Position numbers and translations under genes: made by a program. From Patescibacteria group bacterium UBA4473 (GTDB lineage: Bacteria; Patescibacteriota; Gracilibacteria; UBA4473), in assembly GCA_002389285.1 (NCBI GenBank), contig DGOF01000020.1, positions 1 through 57,182 on the forward strand: a stretch of 57,182 nt of DNA, in the 5' to 3' direction. This document shows, piece after piece, positions 1 through 9,491 of the stretch (the first letter of the stretch is position 1; each line of letters begins with the position of its first letter). The notes beneath the pieces are model-generated. The model was not told the origin of the DNA. It saw only the letters and a program-made list of their open reading frames with translations, and did not search any database.

Positions 1-480
1 CCCCCAGCACACCCCGCTGGTGAACAGCCTACCGGAGCTCAACCTGCCGGCGCACAACCGCCTGCGACACGACCCCCACAACCCGCACCCCCAGCAAATC
101 CCAATGCCCGAACCGGCCAACTCGGTAAAAAAGACGGGAATATTTTTGTGATCCCACCGCATCCCAATACGACCTTTGATGATGCTCAGTTCTTGGCTCT
201 TTTGGAAGGCTCTATTTCACTCACGATCGAAGAAAAACAACGCGTCATCGATGCGATTCCTCGACTCAAGATTGAACAGATCAATGAGCTGATCAAAATC
301 TTTGAAGAAGAAAAACACAAATTTTCTGAACTGGAAAATGAATTTGCTCAGGATGTTGCCAAGCTTAAAGCCGAGCGAGAAAAAGAAATTTCTCTTCACG
401 AAAACAAGCAAGAAGAAGCCGTCGATGCCTCTTCTGATGCCGAAGAAGCCGAGGCTTTGAAAAAACAGCTCGGTCTGTAG
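1..480 (+). CDS. Hypothetical protein, 5'-partial; Pro/Ala/Gln-rich linker followed by an acidic helical/coiled-coil C-terminus
   Basis: Frame of ORF 148..480 stays open to base 1 (PPAHPAGEQPTGAQPAGAQPP...). Confidence 0.75.
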   Translation, partial: PPAHPAGEQPTGAQPAGAQPPATRPPQPAPPANPNARTGQLGKKDGNIFVIPPHPNTTFDDAQFLALLEGSISLTIEEKQRVIDAIPRLKIEQINELIKIFEEEKHKFSELENEFAQDVAKLKAEREKEISLHENKQEEAVDASSDAEEAEALKKQLGL

Positions 481-490
481 GCGCAGCTGC

Positions 491-1171
491 TTATTGCGTC
501 ATGCTTGCATTAAACTGCCCCATACACTGCTCAAACTGATTCAGTGTGTTTTGTGTTTGCTGTAACTGTTTCTTCTGAAAAGACAGCTCCTCTTTTTTGG
601 CCTGATAGGTTCCCTGTTGTCCCTGAAGTGCGTCTGTCAGTCTCTGTATACGGTCGAGACTGTTGTCTTGAAAATTCTGAAAATCCTCTTGGGCCTGGGT
701 CACGACTCGAGTCCGCTCTTCTGGCGTATTGCCCAGGGGAAGGTGCTTGGCCACATCTTCTATTGTTGGATTTTTCATGGCTTCTTTGAGACTCTCATAC
801 TGACGTTGTTTTTCTTCGATCGTCTGTGTTAGGTTTTCTATCTGTGCCAGACTTTCTGATTTTTTCTGTTCGAATTGCTCAATCATACTTGCAAAAGCCG
901 CCTGACGAGCTTCTATGTCGGCCGTTATTTCTTCTACCTTTTTAAAGCCTTCGCTTTTTTCTTCCTCAAAGGTTTCCCGAATAACTTCCGCTTTTTCTTT
1001 TAAGCGATCTTTTTGTTCATCAACTCTTCCTAATTCTCGATCAACACGGTCCTCTATCAACGGCAAAAGTGCCGCTTGGGTTCCTTTTAAAAGAGCCAAT
1101 AGATCTTCCTCTTTCCAAAAACCTACGGCCACCACTCCGATAAAGATGAACAACAGCAATATTTTTTTCAT
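491..1171 (-). CDS. Membrane-anchored coiled-coil protein
   Basis: N-terminal MKK plus hydrophobic stretch, then a Glu/Gln/Lys-rich heptad-like region. Confidence 0.75.
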   Translation of the reverse strand: MKKILLLFIFIGVVAVGFWKEEDLLALLKGTQAALLPLIEDRVDRELGRVDEQKDRLKEKAEVIRETFEEEKSEGFKKVEEITADIEARQAAFASMIEQFEQKKSESLAQIENLTQTIEEKQRQYESLKEAMKNPTIEDVAKHLPLGNTPEERTRVVTQAQEDFQNFQDNSLDRIQRLTDALQGQQGTYQAKKEELSFQKKQLQQTQNTLNQFEQCMGQFNASMTQ

Positions 1172-1491
1172 GATTGAAAAAGTTCTTGGATGTCTTTTCC
1201 TTGAAAATTTCGAATCCTGTCGCTTATTTTTTGAACCGCATCTGAAGAAATTTGCTTCCGAGACAGCGCTCTCATATGAAGCGGTTTCAGCTGTGAGGGC
1301 ATTCGAAGTTCGATGTGCGCTAAAATATCAACCACCGATTGGCATCCTGAACAAACCGTGGCTAATTCTACGACCTCACTATTGAGACCAAAAACCTCCA
1401 ACGCAGACTCATTCAGTCTTTTTTCACACTTCGGACAGTGAATGTCCTGGTGAATTCGACGAATGATTTGTTGGAAAAGGTCAAAACGCAT
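1168..1491 (-). CDS. Small Zn-ribbon-like hypothetical protein
   Basis: CPKC...CSGC motif pair; likely ATG at 1491; 4-bp overlap with the next gene. Confidence 0.7.
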   Translation of the reverse strand: MRFDLFQQIIRRIHQDIHCPKCEKRLNESALEVFGLNSEVVELATVCSGCQSVVDILAHIELRMPSQLKPLHMRALSRKQISSDAVQKISDRIRNFQGKDIQELFQS

Positions 1492-1543
1492 CACTGAAAT
1501 TGTGATGCGCTTTGCGCGAAAAAACAAGTAAAAAGAAGTCTGT

Positions 1544-3715
1544 CTAAAAGATCGCTTTTCGAAGCGCTTTGCGCGTCACGCGATCGCCTTCGATGTGGAC
1601 ACTCTTCCCCATCCAAAACTGAATGAATTTTTGAGTTTCGGTCGTCGTAGCCAGCTGGTAAGGCTGAAGATGCGCGCCCGTTATCAATCCGTCTCGATGC
1701 GCCTGGATAGCGGATTCGTAGAACCAGTCATGCCGTTTCACATCTTGGTATGGATTGAGTCCTGGATAGGGCGGAAGCGCTCGACGCTCCTGAAAGATAA
1801 GATACATCATCTCGGCTCGGGTCAGAATAGACGACTCTGTTTTGACTCCTGGATCGGGTGTATTCGTCAATATATCTTTGATGGGATCGGCAATATAGAC
1901 CGGGAAAACAACCTGATCGGCTCGTCCCCAAGGATCTTCGATGCGCAACAAAATATCTTTCTTTCCGGCGGCATCAAACGAAATATTTGCTTTCGGACCT
2001 ACATGATCTGGATTCGGAAGCTCGGTGTATCCTGTTCCGTTCCCGACAATGTTGTAGTACCACAGGTATCGTAACTTTCGTCCCGAACTCCGTGAAGCAT
2101 CAAATCCAAATTCCGTCCCAACAAATCCTTGTTTTCGAGAAACAGAGGCTCTTGCAACCGGCTTTTCTGGAAGTAATACCTGAAACGTTCTTCGCACCCG
2201 AGTGACCTTTCCCCCGGCATCTTTCACTTCCATAAACGCGGTATAGAGTCCCGGCTCATCAAAGATCCAATCGGTGGATTTGCTCATTTCAAACTTTGTT
2301 TCCCACAAACCATCTCCATCCATATCAAATCGAAGCAACAGGCCTGTAATATGTTGTTCTCGATCATAAACCTTGGCAAAGAAACGCGTTATTTCTCCGA
2401 CATATATTTTTTCAGGAACGGTAAACGTCACCCTCGGCGCGGTGTTTCTTTGAACGATCAAGCGGCTTTTGGCCTTCGCAAACAAACTATCGAGGCTTTT
2501 TGCCTCCAGCTTGGGAAAGAATTCTCCATCTCGTGGATAGATATGTCGGGCACTTCTTGACCCGGTAAAAGGAGTGTCCCAAATACCATCGCCTTCAAAA
2601 TCCCAACGATACTGAACGCCCTGACCATAGGCCGATTTATTCGCTATAAATCGGACATTAGATCCCTCCAAAACTCGATAAACCGGATCTCTTGTGTACC
2701 GAGCAATCTCTTTCCCGTGCGTCCCATCAATCGAAATAGAGACCGCAAAATCATGAGGATTTTTCTTTACCCATACATGTTGCCGGGTTTCCTCACACTG
2801 AGGACTTCGACTGTTAAAACACGTTCTTACTCTCACCAAATGTTGTCCCGGAGAAGGAAATGTCTTGCGGATAACTTTTTTGTGTCGGACAAACTCTTCC
2901 GCATCGAAACTCCACTCCAACCATCCTCCTTCTGGAAGTCGTGACTTAGAGGCGTCAAAAGTAAATTCTGTTTGTTCTGCGAATCCGTATTTTCCCGGCT
3001 GGACCTCCATTATCGGAGGAACGATGTTCATCCCTACCACCTGGACCCGCGTATTGTGCGTCAGGTAAAGCGCTTGTGAATACGGCGTTTTGGGCTGATT
3101 TAAGTCTCCTCGGATCACTCTCGTTTCTCCGTTTGGAAATTTTATTTCCGCGGTCGGCGAGGACTGTCCCACATCCAAAGGCGAAAAGACGTGATGGGCG
3201 ATTCGCCCGCGTGTAAAATATGTATCGTAGTTACCATCTGAATTAAAATCCCATCGTGTAAAGACATTATCGGGATCCTCACTTCGAGGCACCGATACAA
3301 TCACTTCGTACATGGCAGATTCTCCGGCCATCACAAGAGGCGTATGCACTTTAATACGGGCACTTCTGTAAAGTTCATTAACCACTCTGTAATCTCGAAA
3401 GGTCGTTTGGACGGCGCCTGAGACCTGGTCTCTTACCTGAAGTTTGGCACGAAAGGTCCCCGTTCGTTTCGGCGTAAAACTATAGGATGAATTACTTGAA
3501 AAGCTCGTCCAGTCCATGGTTGTATCTACCTGAAACCGATACTGAACGCCCCCGTAAAACCCTAAAGAAGTAATAGAGCTCGAAGCATCCAAGACCATTC
3601 TTCCATTAATTTCTCCGGTAGAAGGTGACACCACAAAATTTGCCTGTGGCAAAGCCGAAGCATAAGTCATCCCTCCAAACAGCAACCCGAGAACTAAGGT
3701 GAGAAGTTTTTTCAT
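1544..3715 (-). CDS. Secreted multi-PKD-domain surface protein with a C-terminal SLH-like region
   Basis: Signal peptide; repeated WDF(E/N)xDG and FDASxS PKD motifs; TRAE and YQDVKRHDWFY SLH-like motifs. Confidence 0.8.
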   Translation of the reverse strand: MKKLLTLVLGLLFGGMTYASALPQANFVVSPSTGEINGRMVLDASSSITSLGFYGGVQYRFQVDTTMDWTSFSSNSSYSFTPKRTGTFRAKLQVRDQVSGAVQTTFRDYRVVNELYRSARIKVHTPLVMAGESAMYEVIVSVPRSEDPDNVFTRWDFNSDGNYDTYFTRGRIAHHVFSPLDVGQSSPTAEIKFPNGETRVIRGDLNQPKTPYSQALYLTHNTRVQVVGMNIVPPIMEVQPGKYGFAEQTEFTFDASKSRLPEGGWLEWSFDAEEFVRHKKVIRKTFPSPGQHLVRVRTCFNSRSPQCEETRQHVWVKKNPHDFAVSISIDGTHGKEIARYTRDPVYRVLEGSNVRFIANKSAYGQGVQYRWDFEGDGIWDTPFTGSRSARHIYPRDGEFFPKLEAKSLDSLFAKAKSRLIVQRNTAPRVTFTVPEKIYVGEITRFFAKVYDREQHITGLLLRFDMDGDGLWETKFEMSKSTDWIFDEPGLYTAFMEVKDAGGKVTRVRRTFQVLLPEKPVARASVSRKQGFVGTEFGFDASRSSGRKLRYLWYYNIVGNGTGYTELPNPDHVGPKANISFDAAGKKDILLRIEDPWGRADQVVFPVYIADPIKDILTNTPDPGVKTESSILTRAEMMYLIFQERRALPPYPGLNPYQDVKRHDWFYESAIQAHRDGLITGAHLQPYQLATTTETQKFIQFWMGKSVHIEGDRVTRKALRKAIF

Positions 3716-3934
3716 AAGTTTCTTAATTTCTTAATGAAGTATGCACTGTATAACATTTTTATAAATCTTTGTCAAGTCTTTCTCTGGACATTTCTCTCAA
3801 AAAGCGTATTTAATACATCTATTTGCCTTTCATCGTCAATAATATTCTTAATAAGATTGACTGTTGGAGGCAGTCATTGCTCTTTTCGTACTCACTCAAC
3901 TCACAATCACCCCCTTACCAATAGGAGGTCCATC

Positions 3935-4468
3935 ATGGATCATTGGAACCCTCTCAACAAAAAAGTCGTCATCAGCGAAGGTGATATTCCTGGCTATGGC
4001 TGCGAACTCGCCCTAAAGCTCCAAAAAATGGGAGCCCTCGTCATCATCTGTTCACCCAATCTGGACAACTGTGTCGACATGGGAATCATTATGACCGACC
4101 TGGGCATTCGGAATGTGATCATTGAACATGTTGATATCACAACAGATAAAGGCCAAATGAAACTTTCTCTTTCCTGCGATCAGCAGATCGATCTTTTCAT
4201 TCAGTGCTCTGACGCTCTCCCAAAGTCAGTCAAGTTTGATCGTGATTTTCGACACACAAACGCTCCCATCGCAAAGTCTTTGGGAGCCCTGCTGAGAAAG
4301 CCTCTTTTGTCGGACGGAGCCTTTCCTCTAAAGCCTAAGCAGGCAGGATCCGTGAAGATCTTCTTCGCAATGGAAACGAATGAAGTCCTGGCAAGCTTCG
4401 TTGAGTACGCACTCCTGTCCAAGAATAAAGGAGCTGTAATTTCGAGCCTGTTTGAGGATGAGGAGTGA
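3935..4468 (+). CDS. Hypothetical protein, degenerate short-chain-dehydrogenase-like Rossmann fold
   Basis: AGGAGG at 3923-3928 before ATG 3935; KKVVIS..GYGCELALKL..GALVII..VDIT resembles an SDR N-terminus. Confidence 0.55.
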   Translation: MDHWNPLNKKVVISEGDIPGYGCELALKLQKMGALVIICSPNLDNCVDMGIIMTDLGIRNVIIEHVDITTDKGQMKLSLSCDQQIDLFIQCSDALPKSVKFDRDFRHTNAPIAKSLGALLRKPLLSDGAFPLKPKQAGSVKIFFAMETNEVLASFVEYALLSKNKGAVISSLFEDEE

Positions 4469-4486
4469 GTCGAGAGGAGCGCCCCA

Positions 4487-4526
4487 AGGGCCCGGATGCA
4501 GCAATGTGTTCGGGCCCTCCTTTTTT
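4487..4526 (+). terminator. Rho-independent terminator
   Basis: GGGCCCGGATGCA-GCAA-TGTGTTCGGGCCC stem-loop followed by TCC-T6. Confidence 0.75.
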
Positions 4527-4530
4527 ATAT

Positions 4531-4656
4531 AAAATCCACCTTAATCCTCCTTTAAAAAAGGAGGACATCTGGCCAACTTGCTTTCGGATCCGTACTGAGG
4601 TCTCAGCATGAAAACCAAACGCCCCTCTTTTTTAAAGAGGGGGTGGGGGAGATTTT
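4531..4656. repeat. REP doublet / MITE-like element
   Basis: Two palindromic units (CCTCCTTTAAAAAAGGAGG and CCCCTCTTTTTTAAAGAGGGG) in inverted orientation, with ends AAAATC...GATTTT. Confidence 0.6.
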
Positions 4657-4689
4657 AAAAAATATCAGGGATGACAACGCGAAAAACAC

Positions 4690-4717
4690 TTGACATAATC
4701 CCCTATATTCGTAGTAT
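4690..4717 (+). promoter_or_regulatory. Sigma70-type promoter of rplJL
   Basis: TTGACA-N16-TAGTAT. Confidence 0.7.
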
Positions 4718-4723
4718 TTCCCC

Positions 4724-4852
4724 GCTGTCAAAGACCACGGGCATCCCAATAAGCCCCGTCGAGACGTGCGAAATGTTGTTCGCCTAAAGCCCCGCGCAAT
4801 GGGGCCGTCTAATCCACCCTTTGAGTCTTTGTCAGCAAGACTCATTTTTTTT
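4724..4852 (+). promoter_or_regulatory. L10 leader (rplJ autoregulatory RNA) with attenuator hairpin
   Basis: GTCAAAGACCACGGG...AATAA..CCCGTCGAGAC resembles the L10 leader core; TGAGTCTT/AAGACTCA stem plus T8 before rplJ. Confidence 0.65.
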
Positions 4853-4869
4853 ATCTCTTTATTTTCTCT

Positions 4870-5421
4870 ATGGCTACCTCCAAAACAAAAAAAGGTGGAC
4901 AACTTGCCGCTCTTGAAGCCAAATTCAAGGAAGCAAAAGGTGTCGCCTTCGTCAGTTTCGATGGAGTAACGGTCGAAGAAGCCCAAACGGCACGTCGTGA
5001 TCTGCGTTCCAAAGGAATGAGCTATTCTGTTTTGAAAAAAACGCTCATGTCTTTGGCTGCGAAGAACGCCGGGTTGGTGGAGTTTTCTTCTGATGATCTT
5101 GAGGGAGCTGTTGCGGTTATCGTCTCTTCTGAGGACGAAATTGCTCCTGCTGCCGCCATCAAGCAAATGAAAAAAGATACCACGGACAAAGCAACCAAGG
5201 TATCTCGATTCGATTTTGCTGGTGCGATCTTCGAAGGAAAATTTCTTTCTGCTGCTGAAACAGCAGTATTGGCCAACATTCCTACCCGCGAAGAATCGCT
5301 GGGAAGAATCGTCGGTATGCTTCGATCCGGACCTCAAAAGCTGCATGGTGTTTTCAACTCTGGTTTCCAGGGCTTGTACAACGTGCTTCAAAACGCGGAC
5401 AAATTTGCCGCAAAATCTTAA
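4870..5421 (+). CDS. rplJ: 50S ribosomal protein L10
   Basis: VLKKTL (VxKNTL-like) and LANIPTREE motifs; upstream of rplL. Confidence 0.95.
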   Translation: MATSKTKKGGQLAALEAKFKEAKGVAFVSFDGVTVEEAQTARRDLRSKGMSYSVLKKTLMSLAAKNAGLVEFSSDDLEGAVAVIVSSEDEIAPAAAIKQMKKDTTDKATKVSRFDFAGAIFEGKFLSAAETAVLANIPTREESLGRIVGMLRSGPQKLHGVFNSGFQGLYNVLQNADKFAAKS

Positions 5422-5448
5422 TTCTTATCTTTTTTTACCCTTATTCTT

Positions 5449-5847
5449 ATGTCTGAAGAAACTACTGTTACTGTTGAGCTCGCAAAAAACGAGCAATCGG
5501 TTGTTGATGCAATCGAAAAATTGACTGTTGTTGAAGCCAACAACGTCGCTAAATATTTTGAAGAAAAATACGGTATTACTGCTGCGGTTGCGGCGGCTCC
5601 TGCTGCTGGTGGTGGAGAAGCTGAAGCTGAAGAAGCTAAATCTGCTTACACGGTTGTCTTGAAAGACTGTGGTGCTCAGAAAATCGCTGTGATCAAAGTT
5701 GTCCGTGAAGTTACGGGACTCGGTCTTGGTGAAGCAAAAACTTTGGCTGAAAATGGTGGAAACGTAAAAGAAAACGTTAAACCAGACGAAGCAGAAGAAC
5801 TTAAAAAGAAATTCGAAGAAGCCGGTGCTACGATGGAACTCGTTTAG
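5449..5847 (+). CDS. rplL: 50S ribosomal protein L7/L12
   Basis: KIAVIKVVREVTGLGLGEAK motif; Ala/Gly hinge. Confidence 0.97.
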   Translation: MSEETTVTVELAKNEQSVVDAIEKLTVVEANNVAKYFEEKYGITAAVAAAPAAGGGEAEAEEAKSAYTVVLKDCGAQKIAVIKVVREVTGLGLGEAKTLAENGGNVKENVKPDEAEELKKKFEEAGATMELV

Positions 5848-5870
5848 AGATTCCTGGCTCTTCATCTTAG

Positions 5871-5900
5871 AAAGAACGTCCTTCTGGGCGTTCTTTTTTT
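5871..5900 (+). terminator. Rho-independent terminator after rplL
   Basis: AAAGAACGTCC-TTCT-GGGCGTTCTTT followed by a T-tract. Confidence 0.8.
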
Positions 5901-5960
5901 ATTCCACAGATGACAGGATTATCTTTGTGCTCAGGAAACTTTTCCGTACAATGCCTTCAC

Positions 5961-7367
5961 ATGATAAATGCTGATATTGGACTTATCGGATTGGGAACGA
6001 TGGGCGCAAATCTTGCCCGCAATATCGCTTCCAAAGGATTTTCTATTTCTGTTTTTAATCGCACCAGTGAAAAAACAAGTGCTTTTTTAACGGCTCATGA
6101 CCGAGACAACCTCACGGGAGAACTTGATCTCAAGGATTTTGTCCTCTCTATTCAAGCCCCTCGAAAAATTATTTTACTGGTAAAAGCTGGAGAGGCTACT
6201 GATGCGACGATTGAAAGCTTGCTCCCGCATTTAGAAAAAGGGGATACGCTGATCGATGGTGGGAATGCGCTTTATACGGATACGATTCGACGTGAAAAAT
6301 TTCTCAGTGAAAAATCACTGCACTTTTTTGGCTGTGGCGTTTCGGGTGGCGAAGAAGGGGCCCTCCATGGCCCCAGTCTTATGCCCGGCGGAAGCCGCGA
6401 AACCTGGGAAGAACTTAAGCCTATCTTTGAAGCTATCGCGGCCAAAGATTTCTCTGGTAGACCTTGTGTGAGTTATTTAAGTGAAAACGGAGCCGGGCAT
6501 TTTGTTAAAATGGTTCACAACGGCATCGAGTACGCCGTCATGCAAATTATGGCGGAAGCCTATGAATTGCTTTCTCGTGGCTATGGCCTTGAAGCCACTG
6601 AAATCGCTGATATTTTTGAAAATTACGGACAGCGCAAACTCAAATCTTTTTTGTTTGATATTGTGATCCCTATTTTGCGCTACACAGAAGAAAATGAGGA
6701 GGCGTTGATTGATAAAATTTTGGATAAAGCGGGACAAAAGGGAACTGGACGCTGGACGGCCGTGGAGGGAATCTCTCGGGGGACCGAGCTTTCTACCATT
6801 ATGCAGGCCGTTAACGCCCGCGTTGTTTCCAGCCAAAAATCACGCCGCGTACAACTCGCTTCCCTTTATCCAAAAACACAAAACACACCTCAAGTTTCAC
6901 TTCAAGAACTCATCCCACAGCTAGAATCGGCTCTTCATTCAGGAATGATCATGTCTTACAGCCAAGGATTTGATCTCATGAAAACCGCCGCCGAAGAGCA
7001 AAATTGGCAGTTAAACTTTTCTGAAATTGCTCGGATTTGGCAGGGCGGATGTATTATTCGTTCTGAACTTTTACGGACATTACAGTCGGCTTTTGCCACG
7101 GGTGACACGCAAGATTTGCTGGCGATCCCAGCCATTGCTGAAATCTTAAACACCGAGCTTCCAGCCTTTCGCAAAACCGTATCAACCGCTACCGATCTGG
7201 GCATTCCTGTTTTTTGCTTGGGCAGCAGCCTTGCCAGCTTCGAAGCCATGACGAACGAACGCACCTCCGCGAATCTTATTCAGGGTTTGCGAGACTTTTT
7301 TGGCGCTCACACCTATAAACGCATCGACCAAGACGGCGTCTTTCATACGCAATGGTCCGATTCCTAA
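5961..7367 (+). CDS. gnd: 6-phosphogluconate dehydrogenase (decarboxylating)
   Basis: IGLIGLGTMG, GHFVKMVHNGIEY, QKGTG, RDFFGAHTY. Confidence 0.97.
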   Translation: MINADIGLIGLGTMGANLARNIASKGFSISVFNRTSEKTSAFLTAHDRDNLTGELDLKDFVLSIQAPRKIILLVKAGEATDATIESLLPHLEKGDTLIDGGNALYTDTIRREKFLSEKSLHFFGCGVSGGEEGALHGPSLMPGGSRETWEELKPIFEAIAAKDFSGRPCVSYLSENGAGHFVKMVHNGIEYAVMQIMAEAYELLSRGYGLEATEIADIFENYGQRKLKSFLFDIVIPILRYTEENEEALIDKILDKAGQKGTGRWTAVEGISRGTELSTIMQAVNARVVSSQKSRRVQLASLYPKTQNTPQVSLQELIPQLESALHSGMIMSYSQGFDLMKTAAEEQNWQLNFSEIARIWQGGCIIRSELLRTLQSAFATGDTQDLLAIPAIAEILNTELPAFRKTVSTATDLGIPVFCLGSSLASFEAMTNERTSANLIQGLRDFFGAHTYKRIDQDGVFHTQWSDS

Positions 7368-7377
7368 ATTCTTTCTT

Positions 7378-8820
7378 ATGAATATTTATCGTGTCTCTCA
7401 ACCTTTTGTTTTTACTATTTTTGGTGCCTCTGGCGATCTAGCCAAGCTCAAAATATTCCCGGCGCTTTTTGCGCTGGCCGAACAAAAACGATTTTTGAAA
7501 GACTTTTGGATTATCGGCTATGCCCGCACAAAAAAATCCCAAGAAGCTTTTCGTGAAGAGTTTTCGACCGCAGTAAAAGCTTCTTATGCCCGAGCCTGGG
7601 GCGATTATCAGACAGAAATTCTCGATGAATTGCTCACGCATGTGTTTTATTTCTCGGGTCAGTATGACAATCCTGAGGATTTCGAAGCTTATCGAGATTT
7701 TTGCCAGGCCCAAACCAAATGCGAACAAATAACGCAGATCGCTCACTTTTCGGTCCCGCCGTCTCTTTTTGAAATCATTGTCAAAAACATCGCACACATC
7801 CGAAAAAATGAAAAAGACGACATTCGTCTCGTTTTGGAAAAACCTTTTGGCGATGATGAGGCCTCGGCTCAAAAAATGTTTCATACGGTTACGAGCTATT
7901 TTTCCGAAGATCAGGTCTATTTGCTGGATCATTATTTGGGAAAAAAAGCCGTTCGCAGCCTCATTCTTCTCCGGAATATGAATCGTATTCTCAACCTTAT
8001 GCTCAAAGGGCGCGAAGTAGATAACATCCAAATTTCTGCGCTGGAAACCTTGGGCGTTGGCCACCGATCTGGATATTTTGATGGAGTAGGCACGGTCAAA
8101 GACATGATCCAATCGCATCTTTTACAACTTTTGGGACTTGTGACGATGTCGATCCCCATTGAAAAAACAGCTCAGAGTGTCCAAAAAGAAAAGGCAGGGA
8201 TCCTTTCTTCCCTGCATTTTGTACCGAAAAAAGAGAACATCGTACTGGGCCAATACAAAGGCTACCAAAACGAATCCCCCAAAACAAAAGGATCCCAAAC
8301 GCCTACCTTTGGGGCGCTCAAGCTTTGGATCAATAGAGAGTCTTGGTACGGCGTGCCTATTTATCTCCGTACGGGAAAGAAACTCCATCAAAAAAGCACG
8401 TACATTGTGATCGAACTGAAAAAATTCGCCTTCCAAAAACCCGAACAAGAACCTAATCGCGTGATCATCGAACTCTCTCCCAGTGAAAAACTCCATATTC
8501 GACTCCTCGATGAAGATGGTATTACGTCTCGCTTGGGAGAGATTGGCGTCAGTGAATCGATTGCTTGTCAGGGCGACTATTGTCTTCCGGAGCACGGACT
8601 TTTGCTCCTGGATGTTTTGCGAAAAGAAAAAATGTTCTTTCTCAGTTTTCAGGAAATTTTAGCCTGCTGGAATGTCATTGATGAAGTCACGGACTTTATC
8701 AAAAAAGAAAAACTCAAGCCCACGCTTTATGCGCCCGACACCTGTGGTCCCTCTGCCCAAGAAAAACTTATCGCTCCGAAAAAATCTTGGTACGCCTTTG
8801 GTGATCAAACCTGCTCATGA
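7378..8820 (+). CDS. zwf: Glucose-6-phosphate dehydrogenase
   Basis: IFGASGDLA, EKPFG, DHYLGK, RTGK; likely ATG at 7378. Confidence 0.95.
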   Translation: MNIYRVSQPFVFTIFGASGDLAKLKIFPALFALAEQKRFLKDFWIIGYARTKKSQEAFREEFSTAVKASYARAWGDYQTEILDELLTHVFYFSGQYDNPEDFEAYRDFCQAQTKCEQITQIAHFSVPPSLFEIIVKNIAHIRKNEKDDIRLVLEKPFGDDEASAQKMFHTVTSYFSEDQVYLLDHYLGKKAVRSLILLRNMNRILNLMLKGREVDNIQISALETLGVGHRSGYFDGVGTVKDMIQSHLLQLLGLVTMSIPIEKTAQSVQKEKAGILSSLHFVPKKENIVLGQYKGYQNESPKTKGSQTPTFGALKLWINRESWYGVPIYLRTGKKLHQKSTYIVIELKKFAFQKPEQEPNRVIIELSPSEKLHIRLLDEDGITSRLGEIGVSESIACQGDYCLPEHGLLLLDVLRKEKMFFLSFQEILACWNVIDEVTDFIKKEKLKPTLYAPDTCGPSAQEKLIAPKKSWYAFGDQTCS

Positions 8821-9464
8821 ACGCTCAAGTACAGACTTTCAAAAACGCAGAAGCTTTTTGGGGAGAAGCTCGCGAAATTTTTATAGCCGCACAAACTTCT
8901 TCTTTTCGTGTTGCGGCCAGTGGCGGTAGTGCCGCGAATATTTTTGATGTTTTAAACGCTGAAGAAGTAAAAAATATAGATCTCTATCAGGCAGATGAAC
9001 GCTTTGTTGATCATGAGTCCCCGGATTCAAATGTAAAATTATTGAATGAAAAAATAAGCAATAATATAAAAAATAAATATTATTTTGAAATTTTAGAAAC
9101 GCCTGAAAAAAGCGCTGAAAATTATGCGAAAAAATTAATTCCTGATGGCGACGGATTTTTGTTTGATCTGGTGATTTTAGGCGTCGGTCCGGATGGTCAT
9201 ACCGCATCGCTTTTCCCGGGATCTGATCTGGATACTTCGAATCTAACACAAGTAACGCACACCGATCAATTCGCCGTGCCAATCCGCCTTACCCTGAGCT
9301 TGTCGGCCCTAAAGAAAAGTCGAAATATTCTGGTGCTGCTGCCCAGCCCCTCCAAAAAAGATGTTTTGGAAAAGATGACCGATGAGGAGACATTGATTGA
9401 AAACTGTCCGGCTCGAGCGGTTATGAATTTAGAACAGACACAGGTTCTTTGGCTTGCGTCCTAA
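8817..9464 (+). CDS. pgl: 6-phosphogluconolactonase
   Basis: SGGS, DERFV, LGVGPDGHTASLFP. Confidence 0.93.
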   Translation: MNAQVQTFKNAEAFWGEAREIFIAAQTSSFRVAASGGSAANIFDVLNAEEVKNIDLYQADERFVDHESPDSNVKLLNEKISNNIKNKYYFEILETPEKSAENYAKKLIPDGDGFLFDLVILGVGPDGHTASLFPGSDLDTSNLTQVTHTDQFAVPIRLTLSLSALKKSRNILVLLPSPSKKDVLEKMTDEETLIENCPARAVMNLEQTQVLWLAS

Positions 9465-9491
9465 GGACTTTTGCCGTATACAAGACCATAG

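Noticed and set aside
4603-5865. Long antisense ORFs (262 aa, 146 aa) over rplJ/rplL, and similar shadow ORFs throughout the window
   Set aside because: They overlap well-conserved genes on the opposite strand or frame and carry no motifs.
7300-7377. Extended N-termini from the ORF track (zwf, also gnd, uvrC, ftsE, gltX, U32, 3734, 15152, 39135, 55900)
   Set aside because: The extensions overlap neighbouring genes, promoters or the tRNA; downstream starts match family N-termini.
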